A DNA stretch of 60,643 nt from Pseudomonadota bacterium (GCA_040390685.1 JAZJYB010000067.1:10375-71017); one strand, 5' to 3'; counted from the first letter of the stretch, positions 1 through 8,288 are shown. Numbers and translations: made by a program. The notes: generated by a model not told the origin, from the sequence alone.

Positions 1-375
1 GAAATCATCAGCTTCGCAACTCAGTTTGACCCACAATCATTTCATGTCGATAAAGAGGCCGCTGCACACTCGATCTTTGGTGGTGTGATCGCCAGTGGCT
101 GGCATACCTGCAGCATGATCATGCGCATGGTGGTCGATGGTTTTCTGAAAAACTCGTCCAGCATGGGCTCGCCCGGAGTTGATGAAATCCGCTGGATCTT
201 GCCGGTACGACCTGGTGACACGCTGACTGTGACTGCAGAAACCTTGGACAGCCGCCCTTCCACCTCCAAACCAGATCGCGGCGTACTCATCACCATGTGG
301 CGCGCCACCAATCAAGACGGCAAACTGGTTTGCACCATCAAAGGCATGGGTATGTTTGGCCGACGTCCTAAATAA
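1..375 (+). CDS. MaoC-family dehydratase (5' partial)
   Basis: Frame open from base 1: [17 protein letters not shown]...[15 protein letters not shown] hot-dog fold motifs. Confidence 0.85.
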   Translation, partial: EIISFATQFDPQSFHVDKEAAAHSIFGGVIASGWHTCSMIMRMVVDGFLKNSSSMGSPGVDEIRWILPVRPGDTLTVTAETLDSRPSTSKPDRGVLITMWRATNQDGKLVCTIKGMGMFGRRPK

Positions 376-385
376 GGAAAACAGC

Positions 386-838
386 ATGCGCGAAATTAAA
401 ACCCTGGAAGAATTAAAGACACTTGTCGGGCAAGAATTTGCTGTCTCGGATTGGATGGAAATAACTCAAGAACGCATCAATACATTTGCCGACGCCACCG
501 GCGATCATCAATGGGTGCATGTCGATGTAGAACGCGCCAAGCGCGAATCGCCTTTTGGTGGACCTATCGCGCATGGCTTTCTCACTTTATCGTTATTGCC
601 AAAGTTCATGGAGAACGCTTTCATGATGACCGATGTCAAAATGGGGCTGAACTATGGCTTAAATAAGGTGCGCTTTCCTGCGCCCGTGCTGGTCGGCAGC
701 AAACTTCGCGGCCGCTTCAAGTTGCTTGATGTCGAGGATATTACTGGCGGCGCACAAGTGGTCTTTGAAATTATTATCGAGCGAGAAGGCAGCGACAAAC
801 CTGTCTGTGTCGCTGAATCAATTGTCCGTCGGTATTGA
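386..838 (+). CDS. MaoC-family dehydratase
   Basis: FADATGDHQWVHVD, IAHGFLTLSL, NYGLNKVRFPAPV; AAGGA RBS before ATG 386. Confidence 0.9.
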   Translation: MREIKTLEELKTLVGQEFAVSDWMEITQERINTFADATGDHQWVHVDVERAKRESPFGGPIAHGFLTLSLLPKFMENAFMMTDVKMGLNYGLNKVRFPAPVLVGSKLRGRFKLLDVEDITGGAQVVFEIIIEREGSDKPVCVAESIVRRY

Positions 839-879
839 AAAAATTTTAATACCGGAAATTGCCGCCCACCAGTAACACT

Positions 880-1971
880 TCAATAAAACTTGACGGCGTA
901 CACCGGTGGCAAGTTCATCGAAATATTCTGCCAATGATCGCCAGCGTTCTCACTTACCCACAAGCCGCCGGTAGTCGATGCCATCAGCAGACACTGCCCG
1001 TCATCCGACACAGCCAGGCCATGACGATAAATCAGATCATAGCAATCGTGCTGCGGTAATCCTTCGCGCAATGACTCAAAAGTTTTACCACCATCACGGG
1101 TGCGTGTGACGCTAAGTGCACCGTCTTGCGGGATACGTTTTTGGTCTGCCATGGCTGGTACAAACCATGCAGTATATGGATCACGCGGATGTGCCGCTAC
1201 CGCGAAACCAAAATCCGGCATACCTTCTGGCGTTGTCAATTGTTGCCAACTGACTGCATTGTCGTTTGATCGCCAGATGCCGTTATGGTGCTGGCACCAA
1301 AGCACATCGGGCACATGCAAGCAACGCGAAATAAAGTGAGGATCCTGGATATTTTGGTCTTCTGCCAGTTCGGGCGGCATATAGGTGGCGCGCATGCCTT
1401 TTGCCGCCAAATTCCAGCTAGCGCCTGCATCCATAGATTGCCAGGCGCCGCCGCAAGATATCCCTAGTAGCATATGTTGGCTATTGCGCTGATCAAGACA
1501 TATCGAATGTATACCCGGCACATCGTAGCCACCACCAAACCAACCCTTGCGCTCTGGCTTTTCCCATAAAGACGTCATCAACTCCCAATGTTCACCGCCA
1601 TCGGGAGATTTAAACAAGCCGCCTGGCGCTGTCCCTGCCCACAAAACGCCGGGCTCGTTTCTGGCACCGCATTCCAGCGACCAGATCATCTTGAGCTTCC
1701 ATTCGACATCACCTTGCCGGTCTTCCGCTTGGGGTGGATAAGCTGGCACGGCAACCTCGATCCAATCACTGCTATCTCTTGGCCGTCTATGCAGTTTTAC
1801 GCCAAAATGTCCGAGATTGAGCGCCGCATAAATGCTGCCATCGCGCTTATCATGCAGACACATACTGACCGGATCACCAAGAAAACTAATCTGATCAAGC
1901 TGCCAGCCCGACGGGGTTTTAAGTAATTCAAACAAACCCTTGCGGGTCGCGACCATAGCTTTCATCATCAA
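880..1971 (-). CDS. BNR/Asp-box repeat beta-propeller protein (sialidase-like, function unknown)
   Basis: Repeated S/T-x-D-x-G-x-x-W/F boxes (SPDGGEHW, SMDAGASW, TRDGGKTF, SENAGDHW); start overlaps stop of upstream ThiS/MoaD gene. Confidence 0.8.
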   Translation of the reverse strand: MMMKAMVATRKGLFELLKTPSGWQLDQISFLGDPVSMCLHDKRDGSIYAALNLGHFGVKLHRRPRDSSDWIEVAVPAYPPQAEDRQGDVEWKLKMIWSLECGARNEPGVLWAGTAPGGLFKSPDGGEHWELMTSLWEKPERKGWFGGGYDVPGIHSICLDQRNSQHMLLGISCGGAWQSMDAGASWNLAAKGMRATYMPPELAEDQNIQDPHFISRCLHVPDVLWCQHHNGIWRSNDNAVSWQQLTTPEGMPDFGFAVAAHPRDPYTAWFVPAMADQKRIPQDGALSVTRTRDGGKTFESLREGLPQHDCYDLIYRHGLAVSDDGQCLLMASTTGGLWVSENAGDHWQNISMNLPPVYAVKFY

Positions 1972-2240
1972 CCTCCAGAAAGTGCTTGCAACACATGTAT
2001 TTTGCTATCGGCCTTCAACACGTCGTCCAGCCGGACATGATCGCGCACACGATTGCCATCAATAAAAATTGTCACATGAAAGCGCAGGTGTCCCTGTTCA
2101 TCCAGAACATAGTCTTTCAAACGTGGATTTAAAACGAATGCGGCCTCTAAAGCTTCGCGCAATGTGGTTGCCGAAGTCGTGACTTCCGGCACTTCGGTAA
2201 AACGGCAGAGTTGCTGTGTAAAAATCAGCGTAGCCATCAT
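1968..2240 (-). CDS. MoaD/ThiS-family ubiquitin-like protein
   Basis: About 90 aa beta-grasp-type protein ending in ALSGG. Confidence 0.85.
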   Translation of the reverse strand: MMATLIFTQQLCRFTEVPEVTTSATTLREALEAAFVLNPRLKDYVLDEQGHLRFHVTIFIDGNRVRDHVRLDDVLKADSKIHVLQALSGG

Positions 2241-2322
2241 CTCTCTCACGATCAATTACGAACTTACTGCGGAATTTACTGCAGAAATACTTTGGGACTT
2301 ACTACAAAATTTACTCTAAAAT

Positions 2323-2802
2323 TTACTTCGATATCTGCTGCCAACTTTGAAACGGATGCTTAAACAAATTCGCATTGGCGTAGCGGCTATCCTGGCTCAC
2401 TTCTTGCCCCACCCAATCAGGTTTGGTGAAGGTTTGAGTTTCAGATTCTAACTCGATTTCGGCGACAATCAAACCTGCATTTTCACCAAAAAACTCATCC
2501 ACTTCCCAAACAAAACCGCCAAAAGAAATCCGATAACGGTTTTTTTCAATCAAGGGTTTCTCACATAGAACATCGAGCAATTGACGAGCGTCTTCTAGCG
2601 GGATAGCGTATTCCCATTCCCCGCGAGAGATACCTTCAGTCTTTCCCTTGATAGTCAGCATCGCGCGCTCACCTTCTACGCGTACGCGAACAATGCGCCC
2701 AGGCTCAGAACAAATATATCCCTGGCGCATGAACACGCCTTCAACCTGGTGTTTCCAGCCGTCATCGACGACCAGAAACTTGCGCTCAATTTCTATACCC
2801 AT
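2323..2802 (-). CDS. CYTH domain protein (triphosphate tunnel metalloenzyme)
   Basis: MGIEIERKFLV ExExK motif, RVRV, WEVDEF, AEIEL. Confidence 0.9.
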   Translation of the reverse strand: MGIEIERKFLVVDDGWKHQVEGVFMRQGYICSEPGRIVRVRVEGERAMLTIKGKTEGISRGEWEYAIPLEDARQLLDVLCEKPLIEKNRYRISFGGFVWEVDEFFGENAGLIVAEIELESETQTFTKPDWVGQEVSQDSRYANANLFKHPFQSWQQISK

Positions 2803-2813
2803 GTTTTGCGGTT

Positions 2814-2918
2814 TATTCCTGTTCCAAATCATTCGTATCTAGGCGACGAGCCGAAGACAGTGCTCCCGCACGGCGAGGCGAAGGCAACAACGACATGGAT
2901 GATTTGGAAATGAAATTA
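2814..2918. mobile_element. MITE-like intergenic palindromic repeat
   Basis: Imperfect terminal inverted repeats (ttccaaatcat / atgatttggaa) bounded by TA; right end includes the stop codon of the M14 gene. Confidence 0.55.
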
Positions 2919-4043
2919 GTTTCTTAAAGAAGTCAAAATCGGCTGCAACATTGCCTCGCCCAGCTTCATACTGCGCTGCCCATCCCAGCCCACTTCAGTG
3001 TCAGGTAAATTATCGTTATCCTTAAAAGGCAACTCTAATGTCAGCGATACGCACTTGAAGTGATTTCCCATAAATTTAGATGCCAGTTTCAATACGTCTT
3101 CATTATATTTACTCGCTTCGTATCCGACTTCAGTCTGGAAATCTGGGCTAGCCGCAACAAAGCTATCAACAAAAGCTTGCTGCTCCACTTTCTGTTTATC
3201 GCTAAATCCATCCAGCATTTCGCTTCCAGCCACAAACACATACGGCAAGGCTTCATCTCCATGAATATCCAAAAACAAATCGCAGCCTGTTTCAAGAATT
3301 TTATTTTTCACATGGAAAACTTCCGGGCTAGTTTCTAATGAAGGTGTCATCCATTCGCGATTAAGGTTGGCACCGGCCGCGTTGGTACGCAAGTTGCCGC
3401 GCACAGAACCATCTGGATTCATGTTCGGGACAATATACACCACAGCTTTTTCCAGAATTGCGCGTGCCAGCGGATTTGCCGGATCAAGCAGGGCATTCAG
3501 TGTGCCTTCAACCAGCCATTCCGCCATCGATTCGCCAGGATGTTGGCGCGCAATAATCCATACCTTCTTTTCAGCGGCAGGATTACCGACGACGACCAGA
3601 TTCAGGTCACGGCCATCAATGGTATTGCCCAGGTCGAGCACACGCGCCAAACCAGACTGCTCCACGCTACCCAATAATGCCAAATGCCTTTCCCAGCTAT
3701 ATGGCTCAAAATAGGCATAGTAAACACTGTCAAACTCAGGCTCGTGATGAATTGTCATCACCTTGCCGTCAAACTCGGTTTCAACCCTGAACCAGTTCTC
3801 TCTGTCATAACTTGCGACGGCTTGGTAATTTTCCCAACCTTTGGCATAAGTCGCCTCGCCGGCATTCAGGATACGGATAACGGTCTCCTGATCGCGCGCA
3901 CCCTGCAATCTAAAGTGAAACCACTGCATAAAATCCGCATGCGAATCTTTACGTAAATTTAACTGTATATCCCCTGCGCTTTCAGCGCGCACCACTTCGA
4001 TCGCACCGGCGTCGAAATTTTGGCTAATTTTTATTGTCATCAT
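2916..4043 (-). CDS. M14 zinc carboxypeptidase (cytosolic carboxypeptidase-like)
   Basis: ARQHPGE, NPDG, NLNR, DIHGDE, LELPF motifs. Confidence 0.9.
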   Translation of the reverse strand: MMTIKISQNFDAGAIEVVRAESAGDIQLNLRKDSHADFMQWFHFRLQGARDQETVIRILNAGEATYAKGWENYQAVASYDRENWFRVETEFDGKVMTIHHEPEFDSVYYAYFEPYSWERHLALLGSVEQSGLARVLDLGNTIDGRDLNLVVVGNPAAEKKVWIIARQHPGESMAEWLVEGTLNALLDPANPLARAILEKAVVYIVPNMNPDGSVRGNLRTNAAGANLNREWMTPSLETSPEVFHVKNKILETGCDLFLDIHGDEALPYVFVAGSEMLDGFSDKQKVEQQAFVDSFVAASPDFQTEVGYEASKYNEDVLKLASKFMGNHFKCVSLTLELPFKDNDNLPDTEVGWDGQRSMKLGEAMLQPILTSLRN

Positions 4044-4210
4044 TTGCTTTAAAAGAAGTTAACTGTATAAGAAATCGATATGTTTTAAAAAACACAGAAT
4101 GGGTATTGTCACAGGTTTTTCGTGATTTTGAAAATAAATTGGTCAAATTAATTGCAATTGGATAGAATATTTTTCATATTTCAAGACACATTTTTTGCCA
4201 GCAACTATTA

Positions 4211-4239
4211 TTGGCAAAAAGAGATATTTAGACTATAAT
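4211..4239 (+). promoter_or_regulatory. sigma70 promoter of tRNA-Pro
   Basis: TTGGCA-N17-TATAAT ending 11 nt before the tRNA. Confidence 0.75.
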
Positions 4240-4250
4240 TTTTGGCTTGT

Positions 4251-4327
4251 CGGGGCGTAGCGCAGCCTGGTAGCGTACGTGCATGGGGTGCACGGGGTCG
4301 AGTGTTCGAATCACTCCGTCCCGACCA
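4251..4327 (+). tRNA. tRNA-Pro(GGG)
   Basis: CGGGGCGTAGCGCAGCCTGGTAGC..., anticodon stem cgtgc/gcacg around GGG, GTTCGAATC T-loop, 3' CCA; 77 nt. Confidence 0.97.
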
Positions 4328-4335
4328 ATTGAATC

Positions 4336-4372
4336 AAGGACTTACAGATTTGCGTCTGTTAGTCCTTTTTTT
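4336..4372 (+). terminator. Intrinsic terminator after tRNA-Pro
   Basis: aaggacttacaga / tctgttagtcctt stem followed by T-run. Confidence 0.7.
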
Positions 4373-4605
4373 CGCCTATTCATTTTGCAAGAAAAATGGT
4401 AGGAAAAAATAAATCAACATTTACACCTGCACTGCATCAATATTTGGGCGTAATTTTCCCTGAATGGCCTTGATCCACGAACGCATCAAGCCTTGCGACT
4501 TCCGCCAGTGCTTCAGTCATGATGGTTTGAGAGCGTTGCGCCACACCATTTTGTGACTGTCTTTGAAAGACTGAAAGGAGACTGTCACGGCTCGAAAATT
4601 TTGTA

Positions 4606-4663
4606 TTTTAATGCTGCAGCTCAGCAGGCACCGCAAACGCTCGGAAGCAGCTGCCTGTTAAAA
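4606..4663 (-). mobile_element. Degenerate attC site (58 bp)
   Basis: Minus strand TTTTAAC...gctgagc-tgcagc-ATTAAAA (GTT changed to ATT), just downstream of cassette ORF 4686-4880. Confidence 0.5.
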
Positions 4664-4685
4664 CGAAGACGTGATGCGAGATGCA

Positions 4686-4880
4686 TTATTTCTTTCGCAC
4701 ACTAAACAGGAACTCCCAAAGAAGACCTGCAACCCCTCCCAACGCGACGAACCAGGCGCCAGCAGCTACGGTATCAACATCGACTGGCGCAATTTGGTGG
4801 AAACCAACAGCCACCAAGAGGCCAAGCACCACACCAACCACAAATGCGGGAGACCAAGCAAGTCCGAGAAGGTCCCACAT
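4686..4880 (-). CDS. Small two-TM membrane protein (gene cassette)
   Basis: 64 aa hydrophobic ORF starting 7 nt after the GTTAAAG core site. Confidence 0.65.
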   Translation of the reverse strand: MWDLLGLAWSPAFVVGVVLGLLVAVGFHQIAPVDVDTVAAGAWFVALGGVAGLLWEFLFSVRKK

Positions 4881-4887
4881 GGCTGCG

Positions 4888-4974
4888 CTTTAACGTTGAC
4901 GCTGTACGGCGCGCAGCCCGCGCAGCGAAGCGGCAATCTGTGGCTGCGTGTCCGTGACGAGCAAATTGTTAAAT
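4888..4974 (-). mobile_element. attC recombination site (87 bp)
   Basis: Minus strand ATTTAAC-aattt-gct(c)gt(c)acgg(a)cacgcagcc ... ggctgcgcgccgtacagc-gtcaac-GTTAAAG: R and L boxes with extrahelical bases. Confidence 0.85.
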
Positions 4975-4975
4975 T

Positions 4976-5836
4976 TCAATGGTATTTCCATGTGTACCGC
5001 ACTGGCTTTTCAAGCGACTGATCTAGAAGTACGTAGCCATCTTCGTTATACCCAGAGTACCAAAAGAAAAAGGTCGCCCCACCGCTTGAATGCACGTCGA
5101 TAGCGTCAATCAGTTCCATTGCTTTACCCAGATATCGGACTTCGCGCGCGATTGAGAACCAGCGCGGCAAGTCTGTTGCGCCAAGCTCACTATCGCATTC
5201 AAAAACCGGCCTCTTCAAATTGACGCCAACAAGACGACTGCCAGTAGCCATCTGAATGTTGGCTTCGAAAACTAAATCAGACGCTCGGAGCCGAACAGGT
5301 TTTGGCTTTTCCTCATTTGTACACAGTCGCTTGCTATCGTACGTCTTGATGAGTGCCCGGAGAATTCTTTCCTTGTCCACCTCGTCTGGTTGTGTAGTTT
5401 CCAGTTGCAGTCTTTTGGGTGTTGGTGAATTGGCAGAAACCAAAACTATTGGCTTATTAGGAGGTGGTTCGCACCAACCTGCATATTTCTTTCTGGTATT
5501 TGGTAGCCTCGGCAACTCACTCGCATTTTGCGGGGTCAGAAAATAATCTCTGACAAATACCCAGTCATCCTTCGGTATGGGTGGAGCCTTCAAAGTTTCA
5601 ACAACAAAGGGGGTAGCAGAAGCGTCAAGACCGCGCCAACTTGAAACATGTCTCCCCGTGTCATGTACACTCTTCAGGCTGTGCCAGCCATTTGGAGTGA
5701 AAAAGAAGAGCGGCCTAACAACTCTTTCTTTTGTTTCCTTGCACTGAGGATGCTCCAATACTGCAACGGTCTGCGCGATGACAACGCCACCAATCCACAT
5801 TCCTGCAATAGCGGCAACCAGCTTGGTGGTCTTCAT
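4976..5836 (-). CDS. Hypothetical exported protein (gene cassette)
   Basis: 286 aa with N-terminal signal peptide; flanked tightly by attC sites. Confidence 0.75.
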   Translation of the reverse strand: MKTTKLVAAIAGMWIGGVVIAQTVAVLEHPQCKETKERVVRPLFFFTPNGWHSLKSVHDTGRHVSSWRGLDASATPFVVETLKAPPIPKDDWVFVRDYFLTPQNASELPRLPNTRKKYAGWCEPPPNKPIVLVSANSPTPKRLQLETTQPDEVDKERILRALIKTYDSKRLCTNEEKPKPVRLRASDLVFEANIQMATGSRLVGVNLKRPVFECDSELGATDLPRWFSIAREVRYLGKAMELIDAIDVHSSGGATFFFWYSGYNEDGYVLLDQSLEKPVRYTWKYH

Positions 5837-5841
5837 TTGAC

Positions 5842-5934
5842 TTTTAACGTTGAGGTGCCGGGATCGCCGTCACCATAAAATTAATAAATAGCGAACTCGT
5901 CATTGGCGATTCCCCGCCGACCGTCATGTTAATT
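5842..5934 (-). mobile_element. attC recombination site (93 bp)
   Basis: Minus strand AATTAAC-atgac-ggtcggcggggaatcgcc ... ggcgatcccggcacc-tcaac-GTTAAAA imperfect palindrome. Confidence 0.8.
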
Positions 5935-5938
5935 CTTA

Positions 5939-6235
5939 CTAAAGCATTGACCATATTTTTGATATTCCAATGCCCGCAAAAAATAACGAGGCGATGATTT
6001 CACTTAGGAAAAAAAATGGTGATTCTTCCCGACTAATGCTTGGGCGATTTATGCAAATTCCTTCTCGTAAATCAATCACAACAAAAGAAAGCCCACCACC
6101 GATAAGTACAATTGCCAGGAGTATTCCTAAGGGCCGAGCCAATGCACTCGAAATCGGAACGAGAGAGTTTAGAATTCCAACAATGACTGTGACGCCAATA
6201 ATGAGAATTGCACGTCTATCGGGTATCTCAATCAT
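5939..6235 (-). CDS. Hypothetical three-TM membrane protein (gene cassette)
   Basis: 98 aa hydrophobic, AT-rich ORF between two attC sites. Confidence 0.7.
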   Translation of the reverse strand: MIEIPDRRAILIIGVTVIVGILNSLVPISSALARPLGILLAIVLIGGGLSFVVIDLREGICINRPSISREESPFFFLSEIIASLFFAGIGISKIWSML

Positions 6236-6238
6236 AAG

Positions 6239-6328
6239 GATTAACGGTGAGATAATGGAATCGCCATCGCGGATTTACATAAAAGTGTAGTCGTCATTTG
6301 CGAACCCCTATCGATCGTCAAGTTAAAT
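6239..6328 (-). mobile_element. attC recombination site (90 bp)
   Basis: Minus strand ATTTAAC-ttgac-gatcgata ... ggcgattccattatc-tcacc-GTTAATC; visibly similar to the 5842-5934 site. Confidence 0.75.
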
Positions 6329-6405
6329 CAAAAAACCATTTGAAAATGTTCACAATCGACATTTCAATTTTCATCCGACTAGAATGTGTTAATTTATTTG
6401 CGTCT

Positions 6406-6756
6406 TTAACGTGCAGGATACATTGCCAACTTTGGCTTTGCACTATTTGAAACGCGCACACTAAACTCGCAATCTATTTGAGTTGGCACGCACTCAAAAT
6501 CTATAGACCAACCAACAGAAAGCACGCCAGGAGGCGCAAGAATAGTTGAGAAATATTCAAATCTAACGCCGCTTAGACGAAACATATTTTTATCAATTTT
6601 TCTAACTTTTACTACGTAATTTTCGGCTAGTTCCACTGCTTCTTTTGGTGAAAGAACTGGGACAGGAAATTCTAGAGGCGTAAAATTTTCTACATCTTTA
6701 GAATGTACTGAACAACTAGCTAGCAAAATGAGAATATATACAAAATATTTAAACAT
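6406..6756 (-). CDS. Hypothetical exported protein (probable cassette)
   Basis: 116 aa, signal peptide or possible lipobox (LLASC), AT-rich; followed by AATTAAC half-site. Confidence 0.7.
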   Translation of the reverse strand: MFKYFVYILILLASCSVHSKDVENFTPLEFPVPVLSPKEAVELAENYVVKVRKIDKNMFRLSGVRFEYFSTILAPPGVLSVGWSIDFECVPTQIDCEFSVRVSNSAKPKLAMYPAR

Positions 6757-6950
6757 AGCATCTTCAAATTCTTTTCTCTGGAAACCCTTATGAAGCCTTG
6801 CTCAAATCGGATAACAGAATCGGCAAAAGAGGCGTGGAGAGTAATTCCCATTCTACCAATAAAATTAGCAAAATTGAAATCTATTTCGACCGGCAGCTAA
6901 CGCCCCTAAGCGGTCTGTCGCCAATCTCTTACTACACGCCTAAGGCGCCA

Positions 6951-7769
6951 CTAGTGCTTGATAAGCAATTTCATCGGTGCAAAAAATTCCTGCATGGTCG
7001 TATTTGCAATGAAACTCAAATTATATGGATGTTCCGCGATGATGTGAGGGAAGAAATTTGAAGCGGGAATTTGCTTTAGCTGCTCGGCTATTTTCCCCCA
7101 TAGAACTAATGAAATGACATTGTCGTCACTCATATTTTGATTGGTTTGTAGCGCGGCGAAAACAGCTTGCAAGAACAATTGCCAGGCACGCGCATCGCGC
7201 ATCGGTGCAATCTCTGGCCTATACACAAGCGACGCATTCAATAGTAAAAAACCTTGCGCGATCATATTTTTTTGTAGCTCAGGCAAAGTTTGTATGAAGC
7301 GTGAATTTTCTTGACGAGCTAAGGCAGAAACATGCGCCATCGCCTCGCCAGTCGTGTTATTCACGTCGAGCTGCCCGTCAGCAACCAGCAGCATCTTGAT
7401 GAAGTTACGCAAGGACGTTGCGCGGTTTACTTTTTTTGACAGCCCGCCATGCGACTCGCTCGACCACAAATTATTTACCGCGCCATCCATAAAACAGTAG
7501 CCGTTTGCACTCTCTTCGCGCGGATAAGGTCCTTCGCCCACCAGCACGTATTTAACTTGATCAAGCGGAAGGGAGAACGCCGCAAACAAACGACCTGTAG
7601 AAGGTAAAAACCCTCCTTCTTTTAGATTGTGAAAATACGTCGGATCTACCGCATTCATAGCGGTCAACCCTGCGATAACAGCAGGTAACCAAGAAGGGTG
7701 AATCGACTTTAAGGCGCCTTGAATGACAGGCGCAAAGAGTGTCTCAAGCGGCGCTGGATAACCAGGCAT
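6951..7769 (-). CDS. Uracil-DNA glycosylase-like protein (atypical motifs)
   Basis: VKYVLVGEGPYP, LLLNASL, VLWGK, AEHPY correspond to family-1 UDG motifs GQDPY, LLLN, LWG, HPS. Confidence 0.75.
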   Translation of the reverse strand: MPGYPAPLETLFAPVIQGALKSIHPSWLPAVIAGLTAMNAVDPTYFHNLKEGGFLPSTGRLFAAFSLPLDQVKYVLVGEGPYPREESANGYCFMDGAVNNLWSSESHGGLSKKVNRATSLRNFIKMLLVADGQLDVNNTTGEAMAHVSALARQENSRFIQTLPELQKNMIAQGFLLLNASLVYRPEIAPMRDARAWQLFLQAVFAALQTNQNMSDDNVISLVLWGKIAEQLKQIPASNFFPHIIAEHPYNLSFIANTTMQEFFAPMKLLIKH

Positions 7770-8288
7770 TTAACGGGCATTTTCAGGTGCAGCTTGCGGC
7801 GGTGTCGGGCCATTCATGAAATTACCCTGCGGATTATTTGGCGCACGCTGAGCAGCTTGCGGAAAAACCGTCTGACCGCCTTGAATTGGTGTTGGTTGCG
7901 GAAGGTCAACGCGCTTTATCGCCCCACCTTCAGAGATCACAATATGCGTTTCATGGACTTCTTGCAGAATTACTCCCGGGGACAACTCTTTTCCCACTGC
8001 GATAGTCTGCGATGGCTTGCCATCTGCACTCAGAATGGCGGCACTATCCAAGGCACGGGCAGCGACCACGACGCCCTTCAATTGATAATTGCTGACTGCA
8101 GCTTCGGATAGTGGATTGCGCCCAAACAGAGAGCCCCATTGTCCCTCGCCAGGCTCAACTGTATTTGTGTTGACTGGCGCATTCACCGAGCGCACTTTAG
8201 GTTTAAATACTTGCATCCCCCAAAAACTGAGCGACATGCAAAGCAAAACAAACATCACAAAACTCATTAACAGTGGCAAACGCTTCAT
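7770..8288 (-). CDS. gspC: Type II secretion protein C
   Basis: N-terminal TM, YQLKGVV...AIL HR-type domain; last gene of gsp cluster. Confidence 0.75.
   Translation of the reverse strand: MKRLPLLMSFVMFVLLCMSLSFWGMQVFKPKVRSVNAPVNTNTVEPGEGQWGSLFGRNPLSEAAVSNYQLKGVVVAARALDSAAILSADGKPSQTIAVGKELSPGVILQEVHETHIVISEGGAIKRVDLPQPTPIQGGQTVFPQAAQRAPNNPQGNFMNGPTPPQAAPENAR

Noticed and set aside
4606-6330. CRISPR array as an explanation for the spaced palindromes
   Set aside because: Repeats are non-identical, 58-93 bp and separated by whole genes; no cas genes. The pattern fits attC sites.
6757-6950. Integron integrase or attI upstream of the cassettes (including ORF 6798-7061)
   Set aside because: No tyrosine-recombinase motifs; the ORF overlaps the ung-like gene antisense and the space is too short.
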